Made by a program: the position numbers and the translations under genes. This document shows, one piece after another, positions 22,467 through 33,231 of a stretch of DNA of 64,000 nucleotides. The stretch covers positions 35,616 through 99,615 of the forward strand of contig JBAZUV010000001.1 of assembly GCA_041661185.1 (NCBI GenBank), read 5' to 3'. Under the pieces are notes generated by a model, which was not told where the DNA came from, ran no database searches, and worked only from the letters and a program-made list of their open reading frames with translations. How positions within the stretch are numbered: the stretch's first letter is position 1; each line of letters begins with the position of its first letter. The stretch comes from Elusimicrobiota bacterium (GTDB taxonomy: Bacteria > Elusimicrobiota > Elusimicrobia > UBA1565).

Positions 22467-24023
22467 TCAGCCTGAGCGTGGGGAGTTTCGGCGCTCCATG
22501 TCTAAGAGGCGGAAGACTTTGTCCAGGAACGCCTTCTTATAAAAGGGCTTGAGCAGGATGTCCGCGGCGCCCTGGCGCGCGGCTTCCGAGGCCGCGTCGC
22601 GGTGCCCGGTGATCACGAGCGTGGGCACGCGCCGATCCTCCGGAAGATGCTGCATGCGCTGGAGGATCTCCAAGCCGCTGATGCCGGGCAAAAGGAGGTC
22701 CAGGAGCATGAGGTCGTAGCGGCTGCGCTCGATCATGTCGAGCGCGTCCTGGCCGTCGTGCGTGGTGGAGATGACCAGGTTCTCGGAGATGCCGGCCAGG
22801 AAGAGACGCAGGATCTCCACCATGCCGGGGTTGTTCTCCACGATGAGGATTCGCTTCTTGTCGAGCTTGCGCTGGCTCTCCACGAGCACCTGCGGGGTGT
22901 CGGGCTCGGTCAGCGGCAGCGCCATGCAGGCCGTGGTGCCCTTGCCGGGACCGTCGGATTCGATCCAGATGCGTCCGCCGTGGAGCTCCACGATCTGGCG
23001 AGAGAGAGCCAGGCCGATGCCGAGTCCGGGCGTGCCGCGCGTGAGCTCTTTCTCTGTGTGGTAGAAGCCGTCGAAGATGTGGGAGAGGGCGTCCAAGGGG
23101 ACGCCGCGGCCTTCGTCCCGGACCTGGATCCAGACCTCGCGCGCGGGCCGGGGCTTGAGCGCGACCTGGATGCGGCTGTTGTCCGGGCTGAACTTGCAGG
23201 CATTCGAGATGAGGTTCTGCAGGACCTCGGCGAAGGGTTCGGGGTCGGCCAGTATCCAGACGGGTCCGGGCGTGATGTCTTTCTCGATGAGGATGCCGCG
23301 GGGCGGCTCGGACCAGCGCGAGCGCAGGTGCTCGGCCATGAGGGCGCCCAGATCCACGGGCCGAAGGAGCACGTGCTGGGTGCCGAGCGCGGATTCCTTA
23401 AATGAGAGGAGGCGGTTGATCATCTGCAGGAACTGCTCGCCCCGCGAGCGGATGGCCGTGACCGCGGCCTTCTGGGGAGGGGAGAGTTCGCCGAACTCGC
23501 CTTCCTCCAGGGTCTTGGCATAGCCCAGGATGACGGCCAGGGGGGTGCGGAGTTCATGGCTGACGCCCGCGATGAACTCGTCCTTCATCTTGTTGACCGC
23601 GCGAAGCTCGAAGTTCTCGGTCTGCAGGGACTGGACGTCAAGGGCCCGGTGGATGAGGTGCTGGAAGTCGACTTCCGTGAGCTCGGTGCGGGAGATGTAG
23701 TCCATGGCCCCGCGCTTCATGGCCTCGACGGCGACCTTTTCCTTGCCGATGGAGGAGACCATGATGACCACGATCTTGGGGTGGAGCTGGCGGATCTGAT
23801 CGAGGACCTTGAGGCCGTCGTCGTCGGGGAGCCAGTAGTCCAGGAAAACGACGTCGAAGAAGCTTTCGCGCAGCATGCCGAAGGCGGTCTGGGCGTCGCC
23901 GGCGTCCTCGACCTCGAGGGCGACGTCCTTGACGTCGGAGAGGCGTTCTCGCAGGAGCTCGCGGTTGGCGGGTTCGTCGTCGACGAGCAGTACGCGTATC
24001 CTCTGCAAAGTGGGCTCTGTCAT
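22467..24023 (-). CDS. hybrid sensor histidine kinase, REC-HisKA-HATPase-REC, no transmembrane or obvious sensor domain
   Basis: 518 aa. N-terminal receiver (RVLLVDDEP...VVFLDYWLPDDDG), H-box FIAGVSHELRTPLAVILGY, N/G boxes (NLISNACKF, DEGRGVP, GTPGLGIGLALSRQIV) and a C-terminal receiver (ILIVENNP...LMLLDLLLPGISG). Confidence 0.9.
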   Translation of the reverse strand: MTEPTLQRIRVLLVDDEPANRELLRERLSDVKDVALEVEDAGDAQTAFGMLRESFFDVVFLDYWLPDDDGLKVLDQIRQLHPKIVVIMVSSIGKEKVAVEAMKRGAMDYISRTELTEVDFQHLIHRALDVQSLQTENFELRAVNKMKDEFIAGVSHELRTPLAVILGYAKTLEEGEFGELSPPQKAAVTAIRSRGEQFLQMINRLLSFKESALGTQHVLLRPVDLGALMAEHLRSRWSEPPRGILIEKDITPGPVWILADPEPFAEVLQNLISNACKFSPDNSRIQVALKPRPAREVWIQVRDEGRGVPLDALSHIFDGFYHTEKELTRGTPGLGIGLALSRQIVELHGGRIWIESDGPGKGTTACMALPLTEPDTPQVLVESQRKLDKKRILIVENNPGMVEILRLFLAGISENLVISTTHDGQDALDMIERSRYDLMLLDLLLPGISGLEILQRMQHLPEDRRVPTLVITGHRDAASEAARQGAADILLKPFYKKAFLDKVFRLLDMERRNSPRSG

Positions 24024-24098
24024 CCCCGCATTCTACCTTAAAACATCGTGCGGAGTCCCTGATGAAAAGAGGGAAGACGGATTATGTGCGGCGGGAGT

Positions 24099-24211
24099 CA
24101 AGGGATATGGGTTCGCGGGGCCGCATCGCCTCTCCGTTCGGACGATGCTTTATCCTCACCCGATCGGTACCGCGATCGGGTTCCGGACACCCCGCAAACC
24201 CATATCCCTTG
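24099..24211 (+). repeat. 113-bp structured palindromic element, copy A (22-bp outer arms enclosing two internal hairpins)
   Basis: Outer arms CAAGGGATATGGGTTCGCGGGG / CCCCGCAAACCCATATCCCTTG. Internal hairpins are GCATCG..CGATGC and CCCGATCG-GTACCG-CGATCGGG, separated by TTTATCCTCA. The core is homologous to the reverse complement of 25656-25734. Confidence 0.65.
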
Positions 24212-24388
24212 CCCCCCGCCGCCGTGGTCCGCACCCTTCATTGAACGGGACAGAAAACAGAGACAGACGCCTGATGAAACAAGGCAGAATGGCGGACATT
24301 TCATCGCTGGTCGTTCAGTAAGGAAAGCCGAACCTTGGCGGGGGCCCCTGCCCCCGGCCATCGTGCGCGCACCCTTATGACAGGTCCT

Positions 24389-24421
24389 AAACTTGATGTT
24401 GCAAAACGCAACATCAAGTTT
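24389..24421. terminator. hairpin terminator downstream of the toxin-antitoxin operon (possibly bidirectional)
   Basis: Perfect 13-bp stem AACTTGATGTTGC / GCAACATCAAGTT with loop AAAAC. A/T-rich flanks on both sides. It starts 37 nt past the toxin stop. Confidence 0.5.
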
Positions 24422-24457
24422 TCGATTTCCTCTGCCGTCAATTGAAAGACGAAATCC

Positions 24458-24715
24458 TCAGATATCTTTATAGGTTCGTTCGGAGCGTCTTAGGACGTGG
24501 AGAACGGTGACGTTTTGTCGATTATCATCGATGGCATAGAGTATTCGCCAGTTGCCGACACGGACTCGATGGAGGGCGCCTTTGAGTTTGAGCGACCCAT
24601 GCGGACGGGGATCATGTTCTAGTGAGAGGATGCGCGAGCGCAGTCGGGAGAGGTCCGGCTCATGGATATCGTCAAGGTCGCGGACAGCGCTGGCCGCGAT
24701 CAGGACTTCATGCAT
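24458..24715 (-). CDS. type II toxin, RelE/ParE family
   Basis: Track ORF 24458..24736 trimmed to MHEVLIAASAVRDL at 24715. ..L...P.P.GS.KLKG....RVRVGNWRILYAIDD....V.VLHV..RSE.Y is the RelE/ParE pattern. It overlaps the upstream antitoxin gene by 8 nt. Confidence 0.8.
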   Translation of the reverse strand: MHEVLIAASAVRDLDDIHEPDLSRLRSRILSLEHDPRPHGSLKLKGALHRVRVGNWRILYAIDDNRQNVTVLHVLRRSERTYKDI

Positions 24716-24944
24716 GTTTGCTCGCTCGTTTGGCAAAGTAGTCCTTGGCCGAGACGGCCTTGCCGGGGTTCTTTAGATGCACTTTCCAGGCTTTCTGGGC
24801 CGTCTGTAAATCTTCAAGTTCTTCGCTGTAAGTCGATTCCACGGCCTTGCGCAGCAAGTCCGCCATGGGACAATGCATCTCGATAGCCAAGTGCTTAAGG
24901 CCGCTATGTAAGTCTTCCGGCAAATAAATCGTTGTTCTGATCAT
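24708..24944 (-). CDS. type II antitoxin, ribbon-helix-helix (CopG-like)
   Basis: Track ORF 24708..25019 trimmed to MIRTTIYLPEDLHSGLKHLAIEMHCPMADLLRKAVE, an RHH N-terminus. It sits immediately upstream of, and overlaps, the toxin gene. Confidence 0.7.
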   Translation of the reverse strand: MIRTTIYLPEDLHSGLKHLAIEMHCPMADLLRKAVESTYSEELEDLQTAQKAWKVHLKNPGKAVSAKDYFAKRASKHA

Positions 24945-25162
24945 AGGGATACCTCTTGGCATAGTATGACATACAAACATACATATGTCAATGGCAGTTT
25001 CAGTTGGCTGAGTTCTCACCAGACGGGTTTAAGAAATCGTTCAGCATTCGAACTCTCCCTATCCCCAATTACGACCGACCCCTGAAAAAGTTCCCGTGCC
25101 GAAGGATTTCCCAGCGGATTGCTGGTCGATTCCGTGCCGGTGCTGTGTCTTGGAAAGATGTT

Positions 25163-25390
25163 TTAATTGCTTGGTGAAGAGTGAAGATGCCGGACTACTT
25201 TCTCTGCGAGTGCCCCGAGAACGGCGCCGAGAATCCCGCCAAACAGAGGGAACAGTCCCTGATTCAAGATGACCGATGGCTGTCCGGCAAAGAAGTCAAT
25301 GAGGAATGTCTTCTCGATAATGACTCCTCCGATAAGCCCAAGAAGGGCTCCTGTTCCCATGAGCCAAATTAAAGGGCGAACTTTTTTCAT
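25163..25390 (-). CDS. small membrane protein (two predicted TM helices)
   Basis: 75 aa, MKKVRPLIWLMGTGALLGLIGGVII...LFPLFGGILGAVLGALA. A GAGAGGAA Shine-Dalgarno sits about 8 nt upstream. Located in the lower-GC segment. Confidence 0.5.
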   Translation of the reverse strand: MKKVRPLIWLMGTGALLGLIGGVIIEKTFLIDFFAGQPSVILNQGLFPLFGGILGAVLGALAEKVVRHLHSSPSN

Positions 25391-25624
25391 ATGTGGTTCC
25401 TCTCAATATTTTCAATAGGGACCCCAATGCATCAAATTGTATTTTAAAGTGCAATTAGATGTATGTATGGCTACAAGATCGCGTAATGGGTTCATGGTTG
25501 AGCCTGATATCTGTTTATTGGGGCGCGGGGGGGAGTTCGTTTCAGGAAAATATTCCCCCGCGCGGTCTCGCCGCCGATTCTTCTGAGGAAACTTCCTCTG
25601 AATCATGAGGGGTAGCGGGGAACA

Positions 25625-25765
25625 GCTCCGGCAGAAGGGGGAGGATAAGGGTCCGAAGGGGTGTCCGCAAGCCGATCGCGGAACCGATCGGCTGAGGATA
25701 AAGCCTCGCCGCACGGAAAGGCGAGGCGGCCCCGCGGACCCTTATCCTCCCCCTTCTGCCGGAGC
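25625..25765 (-). repeat. 141-bp structured palindromic element, copy B (30-31-bp perfect outer arms), inverted relative to copy A
   Basis: Arms CTCCGGCAGAAGGGGGAGGATAAGGGTCCG (25626-25655) and CGGACCCTTATCCTCCCCCTTCTGCCGGAG (25735-25764) are perfectly complementary. The reverse-complemented core has hairpins GCCTCGCC..GGCGAGGC and GCCGATCG-GTTCCG-CGATCGGC around TTTATCCTCA, matching copy A. Confidence 0.65.
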
Positions 25766-25866
25766 CCGGGAGCGCTTTCCCCTCTGTTTTTAGGGGAATT
25801 CGTTGAATCGGGGGTGGGATTAAGGTATCCTATCGGCGATTTCATAGAGGGGAAAATCGCCGAGAT

Positions 25867-26415
25867 ATGATCGAAACACGACAGACGCATCCCGATATCG
25901 AACGCATCCTCATCTCCGAGGAACAGCTCCGCAACCGCATCCGCGAGATGGGCAAGGAGCTTTCCAAGGAATACGAGGGCCGCAATCCGGTCATGATCGG
26001 CATCCTTAAAGGCAGCGTCATGTTCCTGGCCGACCTCCTGCGCGAGATCACCTTCGAGTGCCAGGTGGACTTCGTCAGCCTCGCTTCCTATGCGGGCGCT
26101 TCCTCTACCGGCGTCGTGCGGACACTCCTCGATCTGCGTGAATCCGCCCAGGGGCGCGACCTCATCGTCATCGAGGATATCGTCGATTCCGGCCTCACCC
26201 TGAGCTATCTCCTCCAGAATCTCGGCACCCGCCAGCCCCGCTCGCTGACGGTATGCACTCTGCTCGACAAGCCCGAATGCCGCAAAGCGCCTGTTCAGCC
26301 CAAATATGTGGGATTCCGCATCCCCAATGAGTTCGTCGTCGGCTTCGGCCTTGACTATAACGAGCGATACCGCCAGCTTCCCTATATCGGCGTGATGAAG
26401 CGTTCAGCGCTTTGA
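25867..26415 (+). CDS. hpt: hypoxanthine phosphoribosyltransferase
   Basis: 182 aa. The PRPP-binding motif LIVIEDIVDSGLTL and GFGLDYNE.YR.LPYIG are canonical HPRT. It precedes ftsH, as in many bacteria. Confidence 0.93.
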   Translation: MIETRQTHPDIERILISEEQLRNRIREMGKELSKEYEGRNPVMIGILKGSVMFLADLLREITFECQVDFVSLASYAGASSTGVVRTLLDLRESAQGRDLIVIEDIVDSGLTLSYLLQNLGTRQPRSLTVCTLLDKPECRKAPVQPKYVGFRIPNEFVVGFGLDYNERYRQLPYIGVMKRSAL

Positions 26416-28244
26416 GACCCTCCATGGATCCGACAAAAAAGAACATCAAGCAGCTTGTCGTCTGGCTGGCGGCCTTCGTGCTCCTGCTCATGCTCTTCCA
26501 GAACATGAAGACCGTGGATGCGGAGACCGAGATCCCCTATTCCGCCTTCAAGACCAAGCTCAAGGACAAGCAGATCACCCGCGTGATCCTGCGTCCAGAC
26601 ATGATCCACGGCGAGTCCAAGTCCGCCGAGGGCAAGATCGAGAAGTTCCGCACCTATCCCGTCAACGACCTCGAGCTCGTCAAGGAACTCGACGCCGCCG
26701 GGGTCCAGGAGTTCAAGGGAGAGCCGGACCGCAGCTGGGTCACGGCCGCGCTCGTCAATCTCGGCTGGGTGGTCCTTTTCTTCGGCGTCTGGTGGTTCTT
26801 CCTGATCCGCCAGGCGCAGATGGGCGGCAAGCAGGCCCTTTCCTTCGGGAAGAGCCGCGCCAAGAAGCAGGCCTCGGATCCCAAGAAAAAGAAGACCACC
26901 TTCGCGGACGTGGCCGGCTGCGACGAGGCCAAGGAAGAGCTCCAGGAGATCGTCGAGTTCCTCAAGGAGCCCGCGCGCTTCCAGCGATTAGGCGGCAAGA
27001 TCCCCCGAGGCGTCCTGCTCTTCGGCGCTCCCGGCACGGGCAAGACCCTCTTGGCCAGGGCCGTGGCCGGCGAGGCGGACGTGCCCTTCTTCTCCGCTTC
27101 CGGCTCGGAGTTCGTGGAGATGTTCGTGGGCGTGGGCGCCGCGCGCGTGCGCGACCTTTTCGACCAGGCCAAGAAGGACGCTCCGGCCGTGGTCTTCATC
27201 GACGAACTCGACGCCGTGGGCCGGCACCGCTTCGCGGGCATCGGCGGCGGGCACGACGAGCGTGAGCAGACCCTCAACCAGATACTCATAGAACTCGACG
27301 GCTTCGACAACAAGGACGGCGTCATCCTCATCGCGGCCACCAACCGGCCCGACGTGCTCGATCCCGCGCTCCTTCGGCCGGGCCGCTTCGACCGCCACGT
27401 CAATGTTCCCGCGCCCGACAAACTCGGCCGCGAGGCCATCTTGAAAGTGCATGCCCAGGGCGTGCGCATGGCGCCGGACGTGGACATCCCCATCATCGCG
27501 CGCCGCACCGCCGGCTTCGTGGGCGCGGACTTGGCCAACCTCGTCAACGAGGCAGCGCTCCTGGCCGCCCGGCGCAACAAGGAGAACGTGGGCATGGACG
27601 AACTCAAGGAGGCCGCCGACCGCGTGGTGGCCGGGCCTCAGCGGAAGAGCCGCGTCATCTCCGAGAAGGAGAGGCGCATCGTGGCCTATCACGAGTCCGG
27701 GCACACGCTCATCGCCAAGTCCCTGCCGGGCACGGACCCCGTGCACAAGGTCTCCATCATCCCGCGCGGGCCGGCCTTGGGCTACACGCTCCAGCTTCCG
27801 GAAGACGACCGCTACCTCACTTCCCGCACCGATATCCTCAACCGGCTCTGCATCCTCCTGGGCGGCCGCTGCGCCGAAGAGCTCATCTTCAATGAGATGA
27901 CCACCGGAGCCAGCGACGACCTCTCCAAGGCCACCGTCTTCGCCCACCGCATGGTCATGGAGTTCGGCATGAGCGAGCGCATCGGCCCCGTGGCCTATCA
28001 CAAGGACGAGGAAGTCTTCCTGGGCCGCGACATCGCGCGCGGGCCCGGCTACTCCGAGTCCACCGCCGAGATCATCGACCAGGAGGTCAAGCGCATCCTG
28101 CAGGACTGCCAGAAGCGCGTGCAGGGGATACTCCTCATCCATCGCGCAAGCCTCGATCGATTGGCCGAGCGGCTTATGGAAAAAGAGGTGCTCGAATCCG
28201 TCGAGGTCAACGCTCTCCTGGAGGGCGTCCAGGCCCCCGCTTAA
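26412..28244 (+). CDS. ftsH: ATP-dependent zinc metalloprotease FtsH
   Basis: 610 aa. Two N-terminal TM segments, Walker [19 protein letters not shown], Walker [33 protein letters not shown] and the zinc motif HESGH. Confidence 0.97.
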   Translation: MRPSMDPTKKNIKQLVVWLAAFVLLLMLFQNMKTVDAETEIPYSAFKTKLKDKQITRVILRPDMIHGESKSAEGKIEKFRTYPVNDLELVKELDAAGVQEFKGEPDRSWVTAALVNLGWVVLFFGVWWFFLIRQAQMGGKQALSFGKSRAKKQASDPKKKKTTFADVAGCDEAKEELQEIVEFLKEPARFQRLGGKIPRGVLLFGAPGTGKTLLARAVAGEADVPFFSASGSEFVEMFVGVGAARVRDLFDQAKKDAPAVVFIDELDAVGRHRFAGIGGGHDEREQTLNQILIELDGFDNKDGVILIAATNRPDVLDPALLRPGRFDRHVNVPAPDKLGREAILKVHAQGVRMAPDVDIPIIARRTAGFVGADLANLVNEAALLAARRNKENVGMDELKEAADRVVAGPQRKSRVISEKERRIVAYHESGHTLIAKSLPGTDPVHKVSIIPRGPALGYTLQLPEDDRYLTSRTDILNRLCILLGGRCAEELIFNEMTTGASDDLSKATVFAHRMVMEFGMSERIGPVAYHKDEEVFLGRDIARGPGYSESTAEIIDQEVKRILQDCQKRVQGILLIHRASLDRLAERLMEKEVLESVEVNALLEGVQAPA

Positions 28245-29650
28245 TGGCCACGCACTCGCTCTTCGGAACCGACGGCGTTCGCGGCATCCCCGGGCAGGAG
28301 CCATTGACGGACCGCACCGTCGAACGGCTCGGCTTCTCGGCCGCCGGAGTCTTTCTGGAGCGCTTGCGCCGCGCGGGCGGCAAGAATGCGGCCGCTTCTC
28401 CCCGCATCATCATCGGCCGAGATACCCGCGGCTCGGGGCCGCGCTTGATGAAGGCCTTGGTCTCGGGCTTCGAGCGGGCCGGCTGCTCCAGCGTGGATAT
28501 CGGCGTGGCGCCCACTCCCGCGGTATCCTACTGCGTCTCGCGCACCGGCGCGCTCTGCGGCGCCGTGGTCTCGGCCAGCCATAATCCTTCGGAATTCAAC
28601 GGCATCAAGTTCTTCACCGGCGCGGGCTATAAGGCCCCGCTCGACGTCGAGTCCGAGATCGCGGCCCGCATGGACTCCCTGCCGGAACTGCGCGGCCGTC
28701 TGCGCGGCGCGCGGGCGCAGCCCTGCAAAGACGCGATGCGCGAGTACCTGGATTTCTTGAAGAGCACCTTCCCCGCGGACCTGGACCTGCAGGGCCGGCG
28801 CATCGTCGTGGACGCCGCCCACGGCGCGGGCTATGCCGTGGCCGCGGAGCTTTTCCGCTCCCTGGGCGCCCAAGTCTTCTCGCTGGGCGATAAGCCCAAC
28901 GGCCGCAACATCAACGAGGGCTGCGGCGCTCTCTCGACGGACGCCCTGCGCCGGGAAGTCGTGCGCCGGCGCGCGCACTGCGGCATCGCGCTCGACGGCG
29001 ACGCGGACCGCGCGGTCTTCTCCGATGAGCATGGACGGCTCCTGGATGGAGACGTGCTCATCGCCATGTCCGCCCTGCACCTGCACGAGCAGGGCCGCTT
29101 GCGCAAGAACGCGGTGGTCCTGACCGTCATGTCCAACTACGGGCTGGTGCGCTGGCTCGAAGAGCGCGGTATCCTCGTGGAGCAGGTCCCCGTGGGCGAC
29201 CGCAACGTGACCGATGCCCTGGAGAAGGGCGGCTACGACTTGGGCGGCGAGAACTCCGGGCATGTGGTCTTCCGGAGCTTTGCGCCCACCGGCGACGGCC
29301 TGCTCACCGCTCTGCAGACCCTCGCGGTTTGGGCCTCTTCGGGACGGCCCTTGAGCGCCTTCCGCTCCCTTTATCGCCCCTATCCGCAGATCCTCAAGAA
29401 CGTGCGCGTGGAGCGCCGCGTCCCGGTTTCGGAACTGCCGGGCTTTCAGCGCTCGCTTCATCGCGCCGAGAGGCAGCTGGCCGGACAGGGCCGCGTCTTC
29501 GTACGCTATTCCGGCACCGAGCCGCTCCTGCGCATTTTGGTGGAGGGGCCTCAGGACGGGGTCCTGCGCCGGATGGCCGCGGGCCTTGAACAAGATTTTA
29601 TCGGCGAGGTCGCAAAGACTCTTGCCGGGAGGAGAGCGCATGGCCGTTAA
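28244..29650 (+). CDS. glmM: phosphoglucosamine mutase
   Basis: LFGTDGVRG N-terminus, active-site SASHNPSEFNGIKFF, metal loop DGDADR and GGENSGH. Confidence 0.95.
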   Translation: MATHSLFGTDGVRGIPGQEPLTDRTVERLGFSAAGVFLERLRRAGGKNAAASPRIIIGRDTRGSGPRLMKALVSGFERAGCSSVDIGVAPTPAVSYCVSRTGALCGAVVSASHNPSEFNGIKFFTGAGYKAPLDVESEIAARMDSLPELRGRLRGARAQPCKDAMREYLDFLKSTFPADLDLQGRRIVVDAAHGAGYAVAAELFRSLGAQVFSLGDKPNGRNINEGCGALSTDALRREVVRRRAHCGIALDGDADRAVFSDEHGRLLDGDVLIAMSALHLHEQGRLRKNAVVLTVMSNYGLVRWLEERGILVEQVPVGDRNVTDALEKGGYDLGGENSGHVVFRSFAPTGDGLLTALQTLAVWASSGRPLSAFRSLYRPYPQILKNVRVERRVPVSELPGFQRSLHRAERQLAGQGRVFVRYSGTEPLLRILVEGPQDGVLRRMAAGLEQDFIGEVAKTLAGRRAHGR

Positions 29651-30368
29651 ACTCGGAGTCAACATTGATCACGTCGCAACGCTTCGCCAGGCTCGCGGAG
29701 GCGTGGATCCCGATCCGGTCGGGGCCGCCCGCGTCTGCCGCCAGTCCGGCGCGGACATGGTCGTCGTGCATCTGCGCCAGGATCGGCGCCATATCCAGGA
29801 GCAGGACCTCGTGGAGCTCTGCAAGCTCTTCAAGCGCGGGGTGCACCTGGAGCTTTCGGACGCCGCGGAGATGGTCGACATTGCCGTGCGCGTCAAGCCG
29901 GATTCCGTGTGCCTCGTGCCCGAGGATCCGCGGGAGAAGACCACTCAGGGGGGCTTGAGCGCCGCGGCGCTGGACTCCGCGTCCCTGCGCCATGCCGTCG
30001 AGCGTCTGCGAAAGGCCGGCATCGGCGTGAGCCTCTTCGTGGACCCGGACGCCGTGAGCCTGCGCAAGGCCAAGGCCCTGGGCGCGGACGCCGTGGAGAT
30101 TTGCACGGCCCGCTACGCCGAGGCCGCGGGCAAGCGGGACCAGCAGGAGGAGCTCGAGAACATCTCTCTGGCCGCCTACCTGGCCGAGGAGCTCGGCCTG
30201 GAGCTTCATGCCGGGCACGGCCTCGATTACACGAACGTCGGGCCCGTGGCGCAGATTCCGCATGTCCAGTGCCTCAACATCGGATTCTCGATCATTGCGC
30301 GGGCCATGTTCACGGGACTTAAGCCCGCGGTCTCGGAGATGAAGCGCCTCATCCAAGCCTCCCGTTAA
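29640..30368 (+). CDS. pdxJ: pyridoxine 5'-phosphate synthase
   Basis: Track ORF 29586..30368 trimmed to MAVKLGVNIDHVATLRQARG at 29640. HLRQDRRHI, E..TTQGGL and HAGHGL.Y.NV are PdxJ motifs. Confidence 0.93.
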   Translation: MAVKLGVNIDHVATLRQARGGVDPDPVGAARVCRQSGADMVVVHLRQDRRHIQEQDLVELCKLFKRGVHLELSDAAEMVDIAVRVKPDSVCLVPEDPREKTTQGGLSAAALDSASLRHAVERLRKAGIGVSLFVDPDAVSLRKAKALGADAVEICTARYAEAAGKRDQQEELENISLAAYLAEELGLELHAGHGLDYTNVGPVAQIPHVQCLNIGFSIIARAMFTGLKPAVSEMKRLIQASR

Positions 30369-30436
30369 TAGGGCGGTGCCAGGCACGCCAGGGTTGCCGG
30401 GTGCCAGGCACCGAGAGGTCAGCGAACGGAGCTAAT

Positions 30437-32307
<1,871 letters not shown>

Positions 32308-32311
<4 letters not shown>

Positions 32312-33228
32312 AGAAAGAGCTCCTGCTCAAAGACCTGCGCTCCATCCTCCCTGTCCGTCGGGCCGACGCGCATAAAGGCGATTTCGGGCATGCGCTCATC
32401 GTCGCCGGTTCCCGCGGCATGTCCGGCGCCGCGGGCCTGTGCGGCCGCGCGGCCCTTCGCTCAGGCGCGGGCTTGGTCACGCTCGCCCTGCCGGAATCCG
32501 CGCGGATCCCGGCGGTCGGCTGCGCGCCGGAGGCCATGACGCTCTCGCTCGAAGAGAGTTCGCAGGGAATGCTGCGCACCGAGTCCGTGGCCAAGGTCCT
32601 GGCGGCTCATAAGGCGAGGGATTTCAACGCGCTGGCCGTGGGGCCCGGCTTGGGCGCCCACTCGGACGTGGGCCGCGCGGTCGTGTCCTTGCTGGCAGGC
32701 CTGCGCATCCCCGCGGTCGTGGACGCCGACGCGCTCAACGCTTTGTCCCAGCTGCCCGTAGACCAGGTCCGCGCCCTTTTGGAGCGGCGGCAGTCGCCCT
32801 GCGTGCTGACCCCGCATCCCGGCGAGGCGGCCCGGCTCCTGCGCTCGACGGCGCAGGAGGTCCAGTCCGACCGCCGCGCCGCGGCCGCCGAGATCGCGCG
32901 CAAGTTCGGGGTCCTCTGCCTGCTTAAGGGCCACCGCACGCTCGTCACCGACGGGGAGCATGTCTGGACCAACAGCACGGGCAATCCCGGCTTGGCCAAG
33001 GGCGGCAGCGGGGACGCGCTCACGGGGCTCATCGCGGGGCTGCTGGCCCAGCTCTGCGCGAAAGATCCCTCGCCGGAGCCCTTGGAGGTCCTCAAGGCCG
33101 CGGCGCTGGGCGCTCATCTGCACGGCTTAGCCGCGGACATCGCCGTTCGCGAGAAAGGCGAGCGCGGCCTGCTCGCTTCCGATGTCATCGAGACTTTTCC
33201 GCAAGCTTTCCGCAAAACCGGCCTCTGA
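32308..33228 (+). CDS. nnrD: ADP-dependent NAD(P)H-hydrate dehydratase (YjeF C-terminal domain only)
   Basis: A GTG start overlaps the glmS stop (GTGA). HKGDFGHALIVAGSRGMSGAAGL, VVDADAL, LTPHPGE and GNPGLAKGGSGDALTG are carbohydrate-kinase/YjeF_C motifs. No epimerase (YjeF_N) domain is present. Confidence 0.85.
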
Positions 33229-33231
33229 GCG

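Noticed and set aside
24062-24380. Small ORFs (24062..24244, 24084..24380, 24098..24361) and 25412..25890 ORFs in the accessory spacers
   Set aside because: They are read straight through the palindromic elements, so both strands give mirror-image ORFs. They lack SD sequences and have Pro/Arg/Ser-rich translations.
24099-25765. Integron attC sites, retron msr/msd, or MITE ends as explanations for the long palindromic elements
   Set aside because: - There is no intI, reverse transcriptase or transposase in the window.
- The two copies are inverted, whereas attC arrays are co-oriented.
- The terminal arms differ between copies while the core is conserved, which is the opposite of MITEs.
- I see no target-site duplications.

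The origin remains open, so the observation is kept as a finding without these labels.
25833-25866. Hairpin GGCGATTT...AAATCGCC just upstream of the hpt start
   Set aside because: The stem is only 8 bp with a 12-nt loop, and it occurs once. It is not strong enough to call a regulatory element.
26988-29665. Long minus-strand ORFs (26988..28304, 28241..29665) antisense to ftsH and glmM
   Set aside because: Same reasoning. FtsH and GlmM motifs on the plus strand are canonical, and the antisense translations are low-complexity.
30369-30436. glmS ribozyme or sigma54 promoter upstream of glmS
   Set aside because: The spacer is only 68 nt, far too short for a glmS ribozyme. The AGGCACG...TTGCC resemblance to a -24/-12 promoter has GG-to-GC spacing of 12 nt rather than the canonical 10.
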